Of a stretch of DNA of 64,000 bases, positions 36,983-50,448 are shown one piece after another. The position numbers and the translations under genes are program-made. The DNA is from Azolla caroliniana. Lineage: Eukaryota > Plantae > Polypodiophyta. Within the stretch, counting starts at the first letter, position 1, and every line of letters begins with the position of its first letter. The stretch is taken from the NCBI GenBank assembly GCA_043228905.1, contig JBHGNT010000012.1:15438001-15502000 (forward strand). The letters are read 5' to 3'. The notes under the pieces were generated by a model. The model did not search any database, was not told where the DNA came from, and worked only from the letters and a program-made list of their open reading frames with translations.

Positions 36983-39900
36983 TAATTTGATGTAAAAAGG
37001 GAGAAAAAGAGAAGACGAAGAAAACTGTGTGTATGTGTCGAGGAGCATAAAATAGCAATGTTGCTCAAAATTTTGAGGTGTAAGTTCATATAATACAATT
37101 TATATAGGCACATTTTGTTTCAATTTATGTATGTTTGACATAGAGTATTGAGTCATAATTTAATGGTTTAATATATGCATGTAAAGAAAAATTTTATTTA
37201 GGGATATATGTATTGTCTATTAGTGCAAATGATTTAATCTACTTCAAAGTTTGTGGGTTTGAGATTAAAGTCGGCAAAAACAATCCTTATGATGTATCTT
37301 TTGGCTCCTCCAAGGTCACCAAATAGAGAGTTGCATGTGCTTGTCCACACATGTGTAACATGATGTGATCAACACAGGGTGGTAGGTGGAGTATCACAAA
37401 TGATAGATGTGGTCTTGGCAACATATGATTTGGAGTTGATAATAATAGAAGGTAATCCAAAGATCTTAATTCTTCCATTTGTAAGGAAGTCTATCGATAT
37501 GATGTTGCAGGATGATGAGTATTGGAGTATCTGAAGATAGCGATATGATATGAAATGCTCTATGAAGAAGATCCAAATGGGTGTGAAGTAGTCTTGAAGA
37601 TGGGGACTTCATGTGTGGCTTCTAAAGATAAATCTATTCACAAAGAATAAGATCTACGTTCTCATGGTTTGGTTTGTGATGATTCATAAAATAGTGACAA
37701 AGATAAGAGAATATCGGGAAATAATAGATCTATATTTTTGTAGTACGATAAGACCCATGATTAAGAATGTGACCACAAGAGAAGGTACCAAGATATTTAT
37801 ATGGATGTGATAGTGACAAGACATGTGATAAAGAATATTATCATGAAATTACACTTGTGCATGTAGAATTTGAGTGGGACCATCGTGGACTTGAACTAGA
37901 GAGGATGGGTTGAATCAAGTATTCTAAGTTTAGTGTTTGAGGATGTCGATGGCTGCACTAGTTTTCTTGTGTTTTATTTAAAATTTTATTTGTTGGAACA
38001 TATAATTCCATGTTTATGAGTGTTTTTATACGATGTTGTGAAGCTAGTTGGAAAAAGGCTTCGACCTCTTGCAACTTGCAACAAGGAGCACACAGGATTT
38101 TATGATTCATGAACCGGACACCGAAAGCCCAAGATTCAACCTCCGAAATGATGGTGTTAGGTTCAAGATTGTTAAGGATAAAAATGTAATCATGTCAAGA
38201 GTGGAGGTCGAGTTAAAACATAAACAATTCTGTTATTTTTGAAAAAGTGTAATTTTATAATTCAAGTTTATTACTTAAAAAGAAAGCCAAATGCCTTGTG
38301 CATTAGGCGGTGAGAAAACCACCTCAAGAAGGGTGGCAAAGGGAGGAGAGGTAGTTTTCCCCCCCATAAAAGCTCCTCTCCCAATGGTGGGAGAAAGCAT
38401 GGAATATGATAAAAGGAGGGGTAGAAGATAAGCTTGTGAGACGTGAACGAGATTGGGGAATGAGAGAGGAATCCACGGGAGATCAAGGAGCAGGTTATTG
38501 GGCAGCCAAAAGGCAGTCATGAAAGTAGTTTTCTTCATAAGAGGCCCAAGAAAACAAATAGAAAAACTAGGGGAAAGAAGATGAGTGTTGAAGTGGTTTA
38601 TGTTCTTTCTAAGAGAGGTCTCGAGTTTGAGAGTGTTGAAGTGGTTTATACCAAACATTTGATTTTGGCAAAACAAAATTTGTAATGTTGAAGTGATTTA
38701 TCACAAATCCCTTCCTTCTCAAATAGAGGAAGCAAGTTCAAGTCTTGTGTACTTGTGTAGATTTCTATCGATGAGAGGTAGGTATTTAATTATTAATAAT
38801 ACTATTTTACTTTATTTATATTTATATTTATTATTACTATTTTATTTATGATAACAATAAAATTTATTATTATTAATTTATTATATATAAATATTTACGT
38901 ACTTTTAATGAAGTTTGTGAATGTTTTTATCATTATTCTTATCACATTTATTATTTTTCTTTTCTTTTCATTTCTGTTCTTTTTTATTTAATATTAATTT
39001 AGTTTATGAATAATGTTAATATTATTGCTTGTCATTTTATTTCAAGTTATTTCATTTATATATAAAAACATTGTATGTATTTATGTATACATATTTTCTT
39101 TCTATATTTATTTAACAAAGGGTTTCAGCTGACGTCAATTCGCATCATCAATGGCGGTCGACGGGTGGCGTGAGCAATTGATGGCAGGACAACAAACAAA
39201 GCATTCCACTCAAAGGCACGACTCAAATAAGATGAAGAACATTCTAGTCGTTCACTTTGTCAAAATGGGATCTTTGACCAAAGTAAAAGGCTCCCCTTCT
39301 TCCCAATTTCCAAATGCAGTCTCGTGGTGTTTGGGGGTTATGAAGGCGAAAATAATAATAATTTAAAAGTCACATTTTCGATCCTGTGCTCAGGTGTCGT
39401 CCAACAAACGACACATCAATTTTGGCCAACGTGCTAGGTTTTACTCCCATCACACGAAAATTTTACAGTAAGACTCCATTTCTCGCTCAATGATGGGAAT
39501 TCGTATCCAAAGAATCTGTCGCAATCCTTGAGGTGAATTCTTCATGTTGACGAGGTGGGTTCCCTAGTGAGATGGCTTGGTTATCTTTTATATGTCGATT
39601 TCATCAAAGTTTCCGTAACTTTGTCATTTGAGCTCGGAATTCCAAGCCGACAACTCTAACGAGGTATATGAGTGGCCATTATTAATTTAAATGAGGATTT
39701 GCACAAGATAAATTATGTGAAAGTTATATTTAAAATCTCATAACTTATAATAAGTTCATGAGGGTATGTGAATACAATGAGAAGATTTATTGACTCCGTT
39801 CAATGGGGTGATAAAGAGATAAAAAGAAAGGAGGATAGGTAGATATGAGTATGTGGAGAAGAATAGACCATGAATAGAGCTTAAAGGGGAATGATCCTCG

Positions 39901-40419
39901 AGTTTTGGTGCAATATCTCGACAAATGATGGCCATGTCGCCTTTTTTCTTTGTTGACCTTGTACACCCTCTTGATTCGCAACCCCAAATCTTTCTCCGGA
40001 TTCTTACAACGCTTCCACCTTGTCTCTAACTTCCCCTCTAAACAATGAGATCTCATCACCCTTTTATAAGATTCGAGAGACCCTTCCACAAATAAAATTA
40101 GTTGGTATTTTCTTATTTTAGCATGCACCATGCCTTTTTCTCCCCACTTAAACACTCTTCTTTTTCTTTATCGCTTGACGCTAGAAAAAAAAACTTATCA
40201 TAATCTCCATCGTTGGATTCATTTGTCCACTTAATCTCCTTGGTCCAAGGTGGAGTCAAACCCTTTAACCTCTCACTCATAGCACAAGATCTTACCAATT
40301 GAACCAAGCCTTCTTAATGTTTTTATAACTCGTTATATATCCTTCTTACAAGAACCTTGCTCTAACATTGAACCTTTTTTTATATTCCTAGTTTAACTTA
40401 TTTTCCTCCTATGCGCTTC

Positions 40420-41001
40420 CCACATGACCACAAGAGAAAGAATTAAGGTCTTCATGGTTGTGATGGTGACGAAACTTGCGGTGAAGGTCATTGTCATCTC
40501 AAGAGAAGATATCTAGATATTTATGGTTACATTCATAAAAAGATGTGTGATAAAAAATGTGACCACAAGAGTAGAGAACAAGATATTCATGGTTGTAAGG
40601 GATCAAGATAATTATGGCCGCATTCATAATGAAACGAATGATAAAAATCATTGTGACCATGAGATAAGAGATCAAGATTGAGATTCTCATGGTCACATTC
40701 GTTAATAAATGAGTGATGAAGATCATTATGATGTTACCCATAGGAGATGTACGGGGAGGGTGAAAGAATATAGTGTGAGTGTGTAATGTGTGAGTGTGAG
40801 TGTGAGGATGAGGATGAGTACGTATGTACACATGCACATTTGTGTGCATATGTACAAAGATGAGAGAGTGGGTAAGTGGTGCAACTACCTACTTGTCTCT
40901 TTGTACAATCTTGGTTTGTAACGGTCACATAATGTACTATGAAATACATGAAGAGTAGTGAAGAGTTATCCCTCAAACTTGTGTCTGTCTCATTTTCCTC
41001 T

Positions 41002-41036
<35 letters not shown>

Positions 41037-41760
41037 GCTCAACCCCCTTGGGAGGTAGGTGGAGCTTTTATTGGCTCCACCCCCCAACCATCAACATTGA
41101 CCACAAGAGGAGAGGTCAAGATTGTCATGGTTCCATTGAAAACACGAGCAACGACGATGTTGTAACCATTAGGGTAGAGATCAAGATGAAGCTCTTCATG
41201 ATTGTGGTCGTGAAGAAATGAGCGATGAAGATCAGGACCACGAGAGAAGGGATTAAGATATTCATGGTTGCAGTCATGAAGAAACATGCGATAAGGATTG
41301 TTTTAATCATGAAAGACGAGATCAAGATCAATATTTACATAGTTGCAGTTGTAATGAAACATGTGACAAAGGTTTTTGTTACTATGAGATGAGACATCAA
41401 TATCAAGATTTTTTGCATGTTTGCAATGAGGAATATGATAGAAAGTGTACTAATGATAAGAGTGAGGGTTGTGATGATAAAAAATAGTGTATTTTTTGTG
41501 GATTTGGTTATGATAATGTTAAGGGTAACAATGCAGGTGAGGGTGAGCATTGAGAGGATGATCATAAGGGATTATGTGTTTTAGGTTTTGATGGTTGTTT
41601 TCATAATAGAATTGATGAGAATAGGGGATTTGAGTAAATCAAAAGGTAATAATCATGAGGGCTTTCGTTATGGAATAAGGGCTTGCAATGATGATGATGA
41701 TCATGATCATGTTGTGAGTTTGTACAATGATCACAAGGGTATAAGTGAAAATAATTTGAA
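40420..41760. repeat. Highly degenerate GAT/ATG-rich tandem-derived repeat region, with a possible ~345-bp LTR-like insert (~40748-41090)
   Basis: Recurring AAGAT..TCATGGTT/GAGATCAAGAT motifs. The insert is compositionally distinct and contains (TG)n and (TC)n tracts. Confidence 0.4.
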
Positions 41761-41859
41761 GGATGTTAAAGTTTTTTGGAATGTATATATTGATAATATG
41801 GGTGAATACGTTGATGTTGTAAGTGTGTGTGGGTTGATTTCATACAATGCATGATTTGA

Positions 41860-41998
41860 TTAAGGTTGATTTGGTACATATTTTTTATTAGGGGTTGAAA
41901 ATCTCTGATTTAGGGTTGATTTCATACACATTTCTGATTAGGGTTGAAAATCTTTGATTTAGGGTTGATTTCATACACATTTCTGATGAGGGTTGAAT
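41860..41998 (+). repeat. Short tandem array (~49-bp unit) containing TTAGGGTTGA
   Basis: TTAGGGTTGA(A/T) recurs about 6 times, with alternating spacers. Confidence 0.7.
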
Positions 41999-42463
41999 TT
42001 TTTTTATTTCGATTAAAAAATTGCATCAATACACATTTTTTATTACAATATGTGTCTATTTGTAAATTTCCCCCAAAGTTGATTTTGGATTTTAATGCAT
42101 GTGCTTGATTTTTTATTTTTTATTCTTCTCTACTAATTATGAATCTAAAAGCACATGTCCTAGCAGAGCAGAAGTAACATGTATTGATTTTCTATTTCAA
42201 GTGGCTCGTTCCTTCATATCCAAAGTTTTGTGAGACAAAGGAGAACTTCAACCATGTATATGGTTTGTCACTGGAGGACACAACTAACCCTGAAATGTAC
42301 TCTTGTAAAATTATGATAGCATGGGCTCTTGTAAGTGAGGAGTTGGTAGAACGATGCTGGAAGATGGGGAACCTACAACAAAAGATGGCGTGATTTTGGA
42401 GCATGGAAATTGATGATTCAAATGCAGACTCTCAACAAATCCGCAACGAGACACCACACAGAA

Positions 42464-43684
42464 TGAAAAAGTTATGTGCGGAAGTGTAGACACAACCGGC
42501 TCAGCTAGATAGCAATAGAGACACAAAAATGAAGGTTTAATGGAAGCTTGAGAATACATAGTACGCAGGAGAGACAAAGAGAGAGAGTAGAACATAAAAC
42601 TCTATTTCAAAATAAACTCAATACTCTGTACATCGAATGTGCTCAAAGAGCAGTTTTATACAAGTCCTTAAAAGGACTGACACAAGTACCGTCAATACTT
42701 GAGTGCTCATAAGTGAGCCCCTACACTAACTCCCAATATATATTCCTTCACGGTGTCGTAGTGTATTTCGTACACTATGTGAAAAACGTATAAAGTACCC
42801 GATTTAATAAATATGAAGAAAACGAAGAAAATATGAGAATACATGTTACATGCATAGGGCAAGATTCAAACCTTGTACCTCCATGTTACTAATTTGAAGG
42901 CTTACCATTACACTAACACATCATGAGTGTTAAAAAAGTAGATATCCCACATAGAAAGGTTTTTTCACGCATATTTTCTAGGAAAAAGCTTTGGTTACAA
43001 GAAAAACGCATGATAGAAAAAAGCTACACATCCACATTTAGCGTGCATGAACACTATAGTCGATAAAAACGCATGAGGTTAGAAAAAGCTGATCACTTTT
43101 AGAAAAAGCATATTAGAGAAAGCATATAGTCTATCGACAAAAAAAGAATGGAGTCTATAGTTAGAGAAAAAGCATAGATTGTAAAGACTCTCTCATCACT
43201 ATATAAGGAAGAGAGAAAGATGTATCTAGGGAGGTTGTTGATTTTTTTTAAGGGTTGATTAATATAGTATATTCATGGGATTCACGAATTTGCCATCTAT
43301 TTCTCTCTTGCAATCTAAACTCATATTCTTTCCTAAAACATTAATTAATACACTTTACTCGTGGGATTCACGAGTTTCCTATCTCTCTTTCTTATAATCT
43401 ATTCATATTCATAACTAAACTCGTCTCAAATTCTTCCTCCTCCTAGTCCAAAAGCCCTAGGGTTCCCACCCGACTCACGCAACGATCCGGTGCGGAAAGG
43501 CAAGACAACGAAATATCTTTCCAACGGCTTTCCTGCTCCCACCGATCCGGCCTCGCCGATCAGTCTCCATCCGATTCGGCTCCCAGCTTCTTCAATTGAT
43601 CTGGGCCTAACCGATCGGTCCAATCCAATCCGGTTCTTGGCTTGTTCAGCTAATCCGGCCCAAGTTAAGCTTGCTTGGTAAACA
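42464..43684 (-). repeat. Copia-type solo LTR interrupted by a gypsy-type solo LTR
   Basis: Similar to 43881-44334 and to the reverse complement of 36684-36982. Flanks CAGAA/CAAAA give a 4/5 TSD match. Confidence 0.55.
42754..43507 (+). repeat. Gypsy-type solo LTR (TGTCG...GACA)
   Basis: Termini resemble those of the intact element; flanks ACGG/ACGA (3/4 match); TATA-like CTATATAAG at ~43199. Confidence 0.5.
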
Positions 43685-43880
43685 CAAAAACAACATGAAA
43701 CAAAATGTCAATGATACAGGTGAGACATTGATTTGTGATATGCTGAAAAACGTTCATGAAACCTGTGAGACATAAGAAGCAACACAGTCTACCTTAGAGA
43801 AAACAACTTTGGTTGTTGGGATGGAAAGCAAGGTCACGTTGGCAGTGACAACAATTAGAAACAAGATTTAGGTAGCTATT

Positions 43881-45565
43881 TGTCAAAGTAAATGTGCAGA
43901 AGCGTTTGACAAACTGGCTCAGCCGGATAGCAATAGAAAATGAGAGAAGGTTTAATGTCGAACTTAGCACAGAGAATACGTGTGGGAGAGACAGAGAGAG
44001 CGGAACATAAACTAAATTCAAAATAACACTCTGAAAACTCTATCCATACAATGTGCTAAACAACACTATTTATACAAGTCCTCAAAAGGACTGACAGAAG
44101 TACTATGTACTTCAATACTCATACGAGTGACTGTCACTAATAACAAGACAATGATTACCTAGTAGTCTAGGCTACTACTAGGCGTCCGGTTCCCACTTGA
44201 ATCTGGCTCGCCGATTTATCTTCCCGATACAACCGGTTGTTTCCGGATACCGATCCGGCTTGTCCTTCCGGATGCCGATTCGGCTGTCCATTCCGGATAC
44301 CAATCCGGTTCCGGTTGAGCTTGCTCACTCAACACTCCCCCTCAAGCTCAACTTGAGGTCGGATCGTGGTGTCAATGTTTGTAGTAGCCGATTCTCCTCT
44401 TTGGCTCCTCTCGCTCACTCGCCTTGCTCGCGCACCTTGTCCAGTCCGGTTCTGCGCACCTTGACCTCCTTGGTTGGCTTGTCTGCTCAGTAGGCCCATG
44501 TCAACTCCTTCACGGCCGCAACTACGACGCTTCTCGACCCGTCGGTTCCTTCATGTTGGCGTCGACTTCCACTGCCTCTTAGTCCGCATGGCCTTTAGTT
44601 GATCCGGCTCCTCCGAATCCAACTATTGAACCGAATCGGGTGTCTCTGATTCGTTCCAGCTTTTATCCGAATCGGTCGCTTCTGATTCGTTCCGGCTCTT
44701 GTCCGAGTTGGTGTTCTCCAACTATTCTCTGGTTTTCAAGCCCTTCACCATATCAAACCACGTCCGGGTCTTGGCCTTCTTCTTCCGGTCAGCTCTGTCC
44801 TTCTTGATTCTGCCACCGCTACCATTTGCTCTGACTTTTTTGGTCGGCTCGGCTTCCTTTATCTACTCATGCCCTCCTTGATTCTTTCTTCCTCTCCGGC
44901 TCCTTGTCTGATGCCATTCGTTCTTGCTCTTGTTCTCCCCCTCAGGTGCGGCACATCGAGATGCTAAATGCTAAGCATCTCTGAAAAATGTTGCAACTTG
45001 TCCAATCCGAGTGGCTTGGTGAAGATGTCGGCAACTTGCCGATCCGTGTGAACGAAGTTCAACTTCACCGCTCAGGACCCGTTCACGAACAAAGTGATAA
45101 TGCACTTCTATGTGCTTTGTCCGAACATGGAACACCAGGTTCTTGGCGAGCTATATGCTTCTCATGTTGTCGCAATAGATTAGTATCGGGGTCAGCACCT
45201 CGATCCGGAGGTCACGCAGTAGTCGCCGAAGCCAGATGGCTTCATAGGTGGCAATGGTAGGACCTTGGTATTTAGCCGCAGTGCTCGACAAAGCCATTGT
45301 TGGCTGTTTTTTCTGCTCCATGCAACAACCGTGCTACCAAGAGAAAACATGTAACCAGAGGTGGATCGGTGATCCGATGCATCACCAACCCAGTCTGCAT
45401 CGGTATATCCGACTGGCTTCACAGCTATACCGTGTCGTTATAAGAGTCCCTGGTCCTTCATGCCACTAACATACCGGAGTAGCCGGTGTGCGCACTGAAG
45501 GTGCTCGACGGTCGGCTTCTGCATGAAGTGGCTGATCACTCCGACCAGGTAACTGATGTCGGATC
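43881..45565 (-). mobile_element. 3' part of a copia element: RT end, RNase H, C-terminal extension, PPT and 3' LTR
   Basis: Motifs GYTDADW, STSGYMF, RTKHIEVHYHF and ADIFTKPL. PPT TTGAGGGGGAG at 44335-44345; LTR at 43881-44334. Same family as 33521-36982. Confidence 0.85.
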
Positions 45566-47224
45566 GAGGGAACTAGATTCCTCCAGAAAGAGAAAGAAAT
45601 TGGTTATCGATTCAAAAAGAGTTTGAACCGAAACGGTTTGGACTAGAGAGGCCCGGATCGGAAAGGAACGTCAGCGATCGCGACAAGAGAAGAAAAATTG
45701 ATGCTCATTATTGAGGAGAATAAGTTAAAACTTGTCGGTGACGAGACAATGTGGGTTGACGATTCTAGAGCGTCGCTCCACTTGACACCGAATCGGAGGT
45801 GCTTGTCATCCTAGACAGCTGGAGATCACGGTTGTCTCCGGATGGGGAATGAAGGCACATGCCGAATTGTTGGCATAGGAGATGTGTTGCTGACGACATC
45901 AACCAGATGCAATTTGTTGCTGAAGGATATCTGGCACGTTCTGGAGGTTCGGATGAACCTGATATTAGCCGGTCGGCTAGATAATGAAGGCTACACGGGT
46001 AGCATCCGGAACAGAGTCATGAAATTCAGCAAATGAAGCATGATTGTGGCTCGAGCCTGGAAGATCAACGCACTGTATTTGATGCATGCCCGGATATGCC
46101 AGGAAGAAGTGAATGTAGCATCCGATATTGCTAGTGAGCTGTGACACAAAAGACCGTGTCACATGAGCCAGAAGGGGATGAGAAGACTTGCCGAAGACAA
46201 CCTCATTCTGGAGGTGAAAGACGTGCACCTTGAAATGTGCACCGATTGCTTGGCAACCAAACCTGCTTCCGTTCAAGACCACCGATGAGACGGAATGCAC
46301 CACTGGAGCTGCTGCATACCGATATGTGTCAAGTGTACACGAAGTCACATGCTAGATCACAGTACTTTGTGACATTCATAGATGACCACAGCCAGAAGTT
46401 GTGGTCTCACCATTGAAGAGGAAGGCTCAAGTGCTATCCGTCTTCAAGGAGCTCCATGCAAGAGTGGAAAGAGAAACCGGCCGGAAGCTGAAGGTGGTTC
46501 GAGCGGACAACAGAGGAGAATACCAGGGGTAGTTCGAGGAGTACTGTTGATTGAAGGGAATCCGGCTCAAATTCACCATGCCGAAGACGCCGGAATTGAA
46601 CGGGCTGGCTGAATGGATGAACGGAGAGAGTCATGAGCATGCTGGCACATGCAAAGTTACCCAAGAAGTTTTGGGCTGAGGCGTTGATGACGGTGACCTA
46701 TGTGATAAACAGATCACCCTCAGCACCCTTGGAAGGAGAATCACCGCAGAAAGTATGGACCGGTAAAGATGTATCTTACCGGCATCTGAAGGTGTTCGGG
46801 AGTCTCGCCTATGTGCATGTTGCAAAGCACAAGAGAGCAAAGCTAGATCCGAAGTCCCGACCATGCATATTCCTTGGATACGGTGATGATGAGTTCGGTT
46901 ACCGGGTGTGGGATGTGGTCGACAAGAAGGTGTTTTGAAGTCGGGACATAGTCTTCATGGAAGACAGGACCATGGCCGACTGGGAGTCGGAGAAGAAGGT
47001 GATGAACTTCGGATCATCCAATGAAAACCAACTTGACAACACAAGGACTTACCCGGTTGAAAACCGGATGACACTTGACGAACCGGCCGGATGCAGACAA
47101 GAAACCGAACCGACCGAAGAAGAAGAAGACACCAGAACCAGACAAGATCCCAAATCGGATTCAGATTAGGAACAAACGGAGGAACCGGTAGTTAGAAACC
47201 AAGGACGGAGATATCCTCTTCGAG

Positions 47225-49390
47225 AGATAGATAGATAGATAGATTATATTATCGTCTTCGAAGGTCAAATATGACCTATGAGACCAAAAGTATTACATTT
47301 CACGTGATACGTGTGAAGGTGAGTAGCAACTCTCGATGTTCAAGAACATTACCAATGAATGTTGCAATCGAGAATGCACATCGTGGTTGTGAGAGAAATT
47401 CGTGCAAGGATTGGGCTCGATCGAAGAGATGTGGAAAACATGGTTGAATATGATCAAAGGAAGAGCATTGTATCAAAGTGTGATACTCAGACTCTCGAAC
47501 TTGTTTAGGGCAAAGTGTGCATAGTCGGCCACTCTCATCACTTGTGCCCCAACGCCCCGTTGTCGGGGTAGTTGTGGTTCGTGCGGCGAAGTCGCAGGGA
47601 CTAAGGTTAAGGGGGAGTTGAAGGATCTTTTATAAGGCTTGCGCACAAATGTTAGGAAGATTAATGATAAAAAGAATAAGAGTTTAAAGTAATGTGTGTG
47701 AGAGAGAGACAAGTATAGATAAAGGATAGAGACAATGTATGATTCAAGAAAGAAGATTGAGACAAAGTATGATTCAAAGAACAAAAGTATATGATATAAA
47801 CATGATGTATATTAAAAATATAATATTTTACCAACTTTACAATCCTTGATCGCAAACTGAACACATTCTCTACTGACCCTTGATTTGAAACCCTTGACTC
47901 GAACTTGGAAACACGAGCCTCTTCACCAACAAGCTAACTTATTATTTGTTTCTTTGATTATGTTCTAACTTTCTCTTTTCTTGATTGATTCCCTGTTTTC
48001 CCTTGATTCATCCCTTAATTCCTTACCTCTCTTTATAGGTTCTCTCATGCATATGATGATATGGGGGTGCATGGCATGCATGTAAGGCATGTGATGCATG
48101 TGATGCATGATCGCCATTTGGCGCACATGCTTTACATGTGATGCATGATAGCCATCATGCTCATCTAAGCTCTAATGTATGAAGATACACATGTCATAAG
48201 TATGGTGATAAAGTATAACTATAGAAAATAACTTATCCTAAAGGTATATGCTTCGTCCTTGGTGTGTGAGGTTACGGGTTCAAGTCTCTCAAATGTTACT
48301 TAATACAATATTCAAGTTTATTTTTATATCGTGAAGCAAATCCTTCACGACACCGTCTCACATCTGAATGCGTGCGAGCTAAGTCGCATGGAAGCAATGG
48401 TTCGAATGGCAGATGTCGGGATGGGCTCTAACATGTATCAATCTGTACGGTTTCCCCGTTCCACGAAGAATATGGTTTTGTAGTTAGGTGCAACATTTGT
48501 AGTATAATGTGTGAAGCGTGAGCCACCACGTTTGTCCCATGTCATGATACATTGGTGTTGCAAAAAGGCCTCATTTACAGAGGAATCTAGTGACGCATCA
48601 TGAAGCAAGTGTCTTGCATGTCATCTACCAAATCATTTTTCTAAATCTTGCATCCAACCGGAACACAAAATTTTGCTTTTATGTGTCTTTTGGATCTTTT
48701 TGCTTGCTTCCCATGAAATTCTAGGAAGTCAATATGAGGGGCTTTTTTGAACCTTAAGCATGTATTCAACAACCCTTTCCATGGCCATGATCTCAATGGG
48801 AAGCGATCCCGTGTCAAGGAGGAGGAGGCTGTAGGGCATTTGTTTCTTAACTAAGTGTAGAAACTTTGTAAGAAAGTGTTTTTGGACATTTTCAAACTCT
48901 TTCCACGTAAATTTAGGGATGCTACCGCCCCATACTTCCACCCCATATAGAAGAACCGGGGTCACCAAAGTGTGAAAAAGATATTTCTTGAGAACCCAAG
49001 ACTTAATATCTCCAAGATTTCATGTGTTCTCAAATGCATAATATGCTCGCTTACCCGCCTCTAAGCGGCGTGTAGCACATTTATTCCATTTATGATTTAA
49101 AGGAACTTCAAGGCCAAGATATTTGAAGCTTTCCACACATTCAAGTGGCTCATTGTTGTACATAATGCATGGTTTATCTCTTTTTTGACTCTTCACAAGC
49201 ATAATCTTTGTTTTAGAGCTATTGACACTTAATCTAGTATGCATGCAAAAAATTTCCAATGCCTTCTGTGTATCTTAATCTTTTGTGCATCTCCTGAAGT
49301 ATTTGCAAAAAGCATTACATCATCCACATATAACAAAAGCATAATCACAACATTCCCAATGGCAACTTCTTCAACACATTCTTCCTTTAC
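47225..49390 (-). mobile_element. 3' part of an RTE/RTEX-like LINE with a (TATC)n tail, interrupted by an LTR
   Basis: Motifs LLLYVDDV, SFKYLG, PVLLYGVEVWG and RLSSHAFRCET at 48353-49390. (GATA)n at 47227-47244 reads as a microsatellite 3' tail on the minus strand. Confidence 0.75.
47310..48352 (-). repeat. Gypsy-type LTR relic
   Basis: Ends CTTCACGACA, the same terminus as the intact element's LTR, and contains a TATA-like CCTATAAAG on the minus strand. The left boundary is uncertain. Confidence 0.5.
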
Positions 49391-50448
49391 AAACTTGGTC
49401 CCCGATGAGGGGGAGCCGGAAAGCTTTGAAGAAGCAAAGAGAGACACCCACAACCACAAGTGGTTGAGTGGCATGCAGGACGAGATGGATTCCCTACATG
49501 GGAACCACACATATGAATTGAAGAAGTTGCCGAAAGAAAAGAGGGCACTTCGGAACAAGTGGGTATACAAACTAAAACCGGGAGACGCTGGAAATCCACC
49601 AAGGTACCACGCCCGGATCGTGGTGAAGGGCTTCCAATAGAAGAAAGGAGTGGACTTCGATGAGATCTTTGCCTCGGTAGTAAAGATGACATCCATTTGG
49701 ACGATATTGAGAACAACGGCAAACATGGACCTCGAGGTAGAGCAACTGGACATCAAGACAACATTCGTACATGGCGACCTCGAAGAAGAGATCTACATGC
49801 ATCAACCCGAAGGATTTGAGAAGAAAGGGAAGGAGCACCTAGTGTGCTGGTTGAAGAAGAGCTTATATAGATTGAAGCAAGCCCCCTGGCAATGGTACCG
49901 GAAGTTCGACTACTTCATGACCGACCAAGGATACCACAAGATGCAGGCTGATCGCTGCGTGTTTGTGAATAAATTTGACGAAGGAGATTTCCTGATACTC
50001 CTCCTATATGTGGATGATATGCTGATCATCAGATGAGATCAAGGCAAGATTCAGATGTTGAAGAAGGCTCTAAACCAGACCTTCTCAATGAAAGACTTGG
50101 GTCTGGCAAGGCAGATATTGGGAATGCACATCATCCGGGACCGGTCGAAGAAGCTGTTGTGGTTGTCACAGAAGAAGTACGTGACAAAGGTGCTTCAACG
50201 GTTCAACGTGTCGGAGGAAAAACCGGTCAGATCGACAGTTCCAGCAAACTACAAGTTATCCGAAAAAAAAGCCCGAGGACAAAGCCGGAGAAGACGGATA
50301 TGATGAAGATACCATATGCCTCTACCGTCGAAAGCTTTATGCACGCGATGGTATGTACACAACCGAATATCGAATATGCAATCAGAGTGGTGAGGCGATT
50401 CATGAGCAATCCCGGAAGAGAGCACTAGAACGCGTTCAAGTGGATACC

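Noticed and set aside
37000-40420. Short ORFs suggesting a host gene
   Set aside because: No coherent exon chain or motif; probably very old TE debris that I cannot assign.
41860-41998. Interstitial telomere
   Set aside because: TTTAGGG occurs only singly within longer units, with no contiguous telomeric array.
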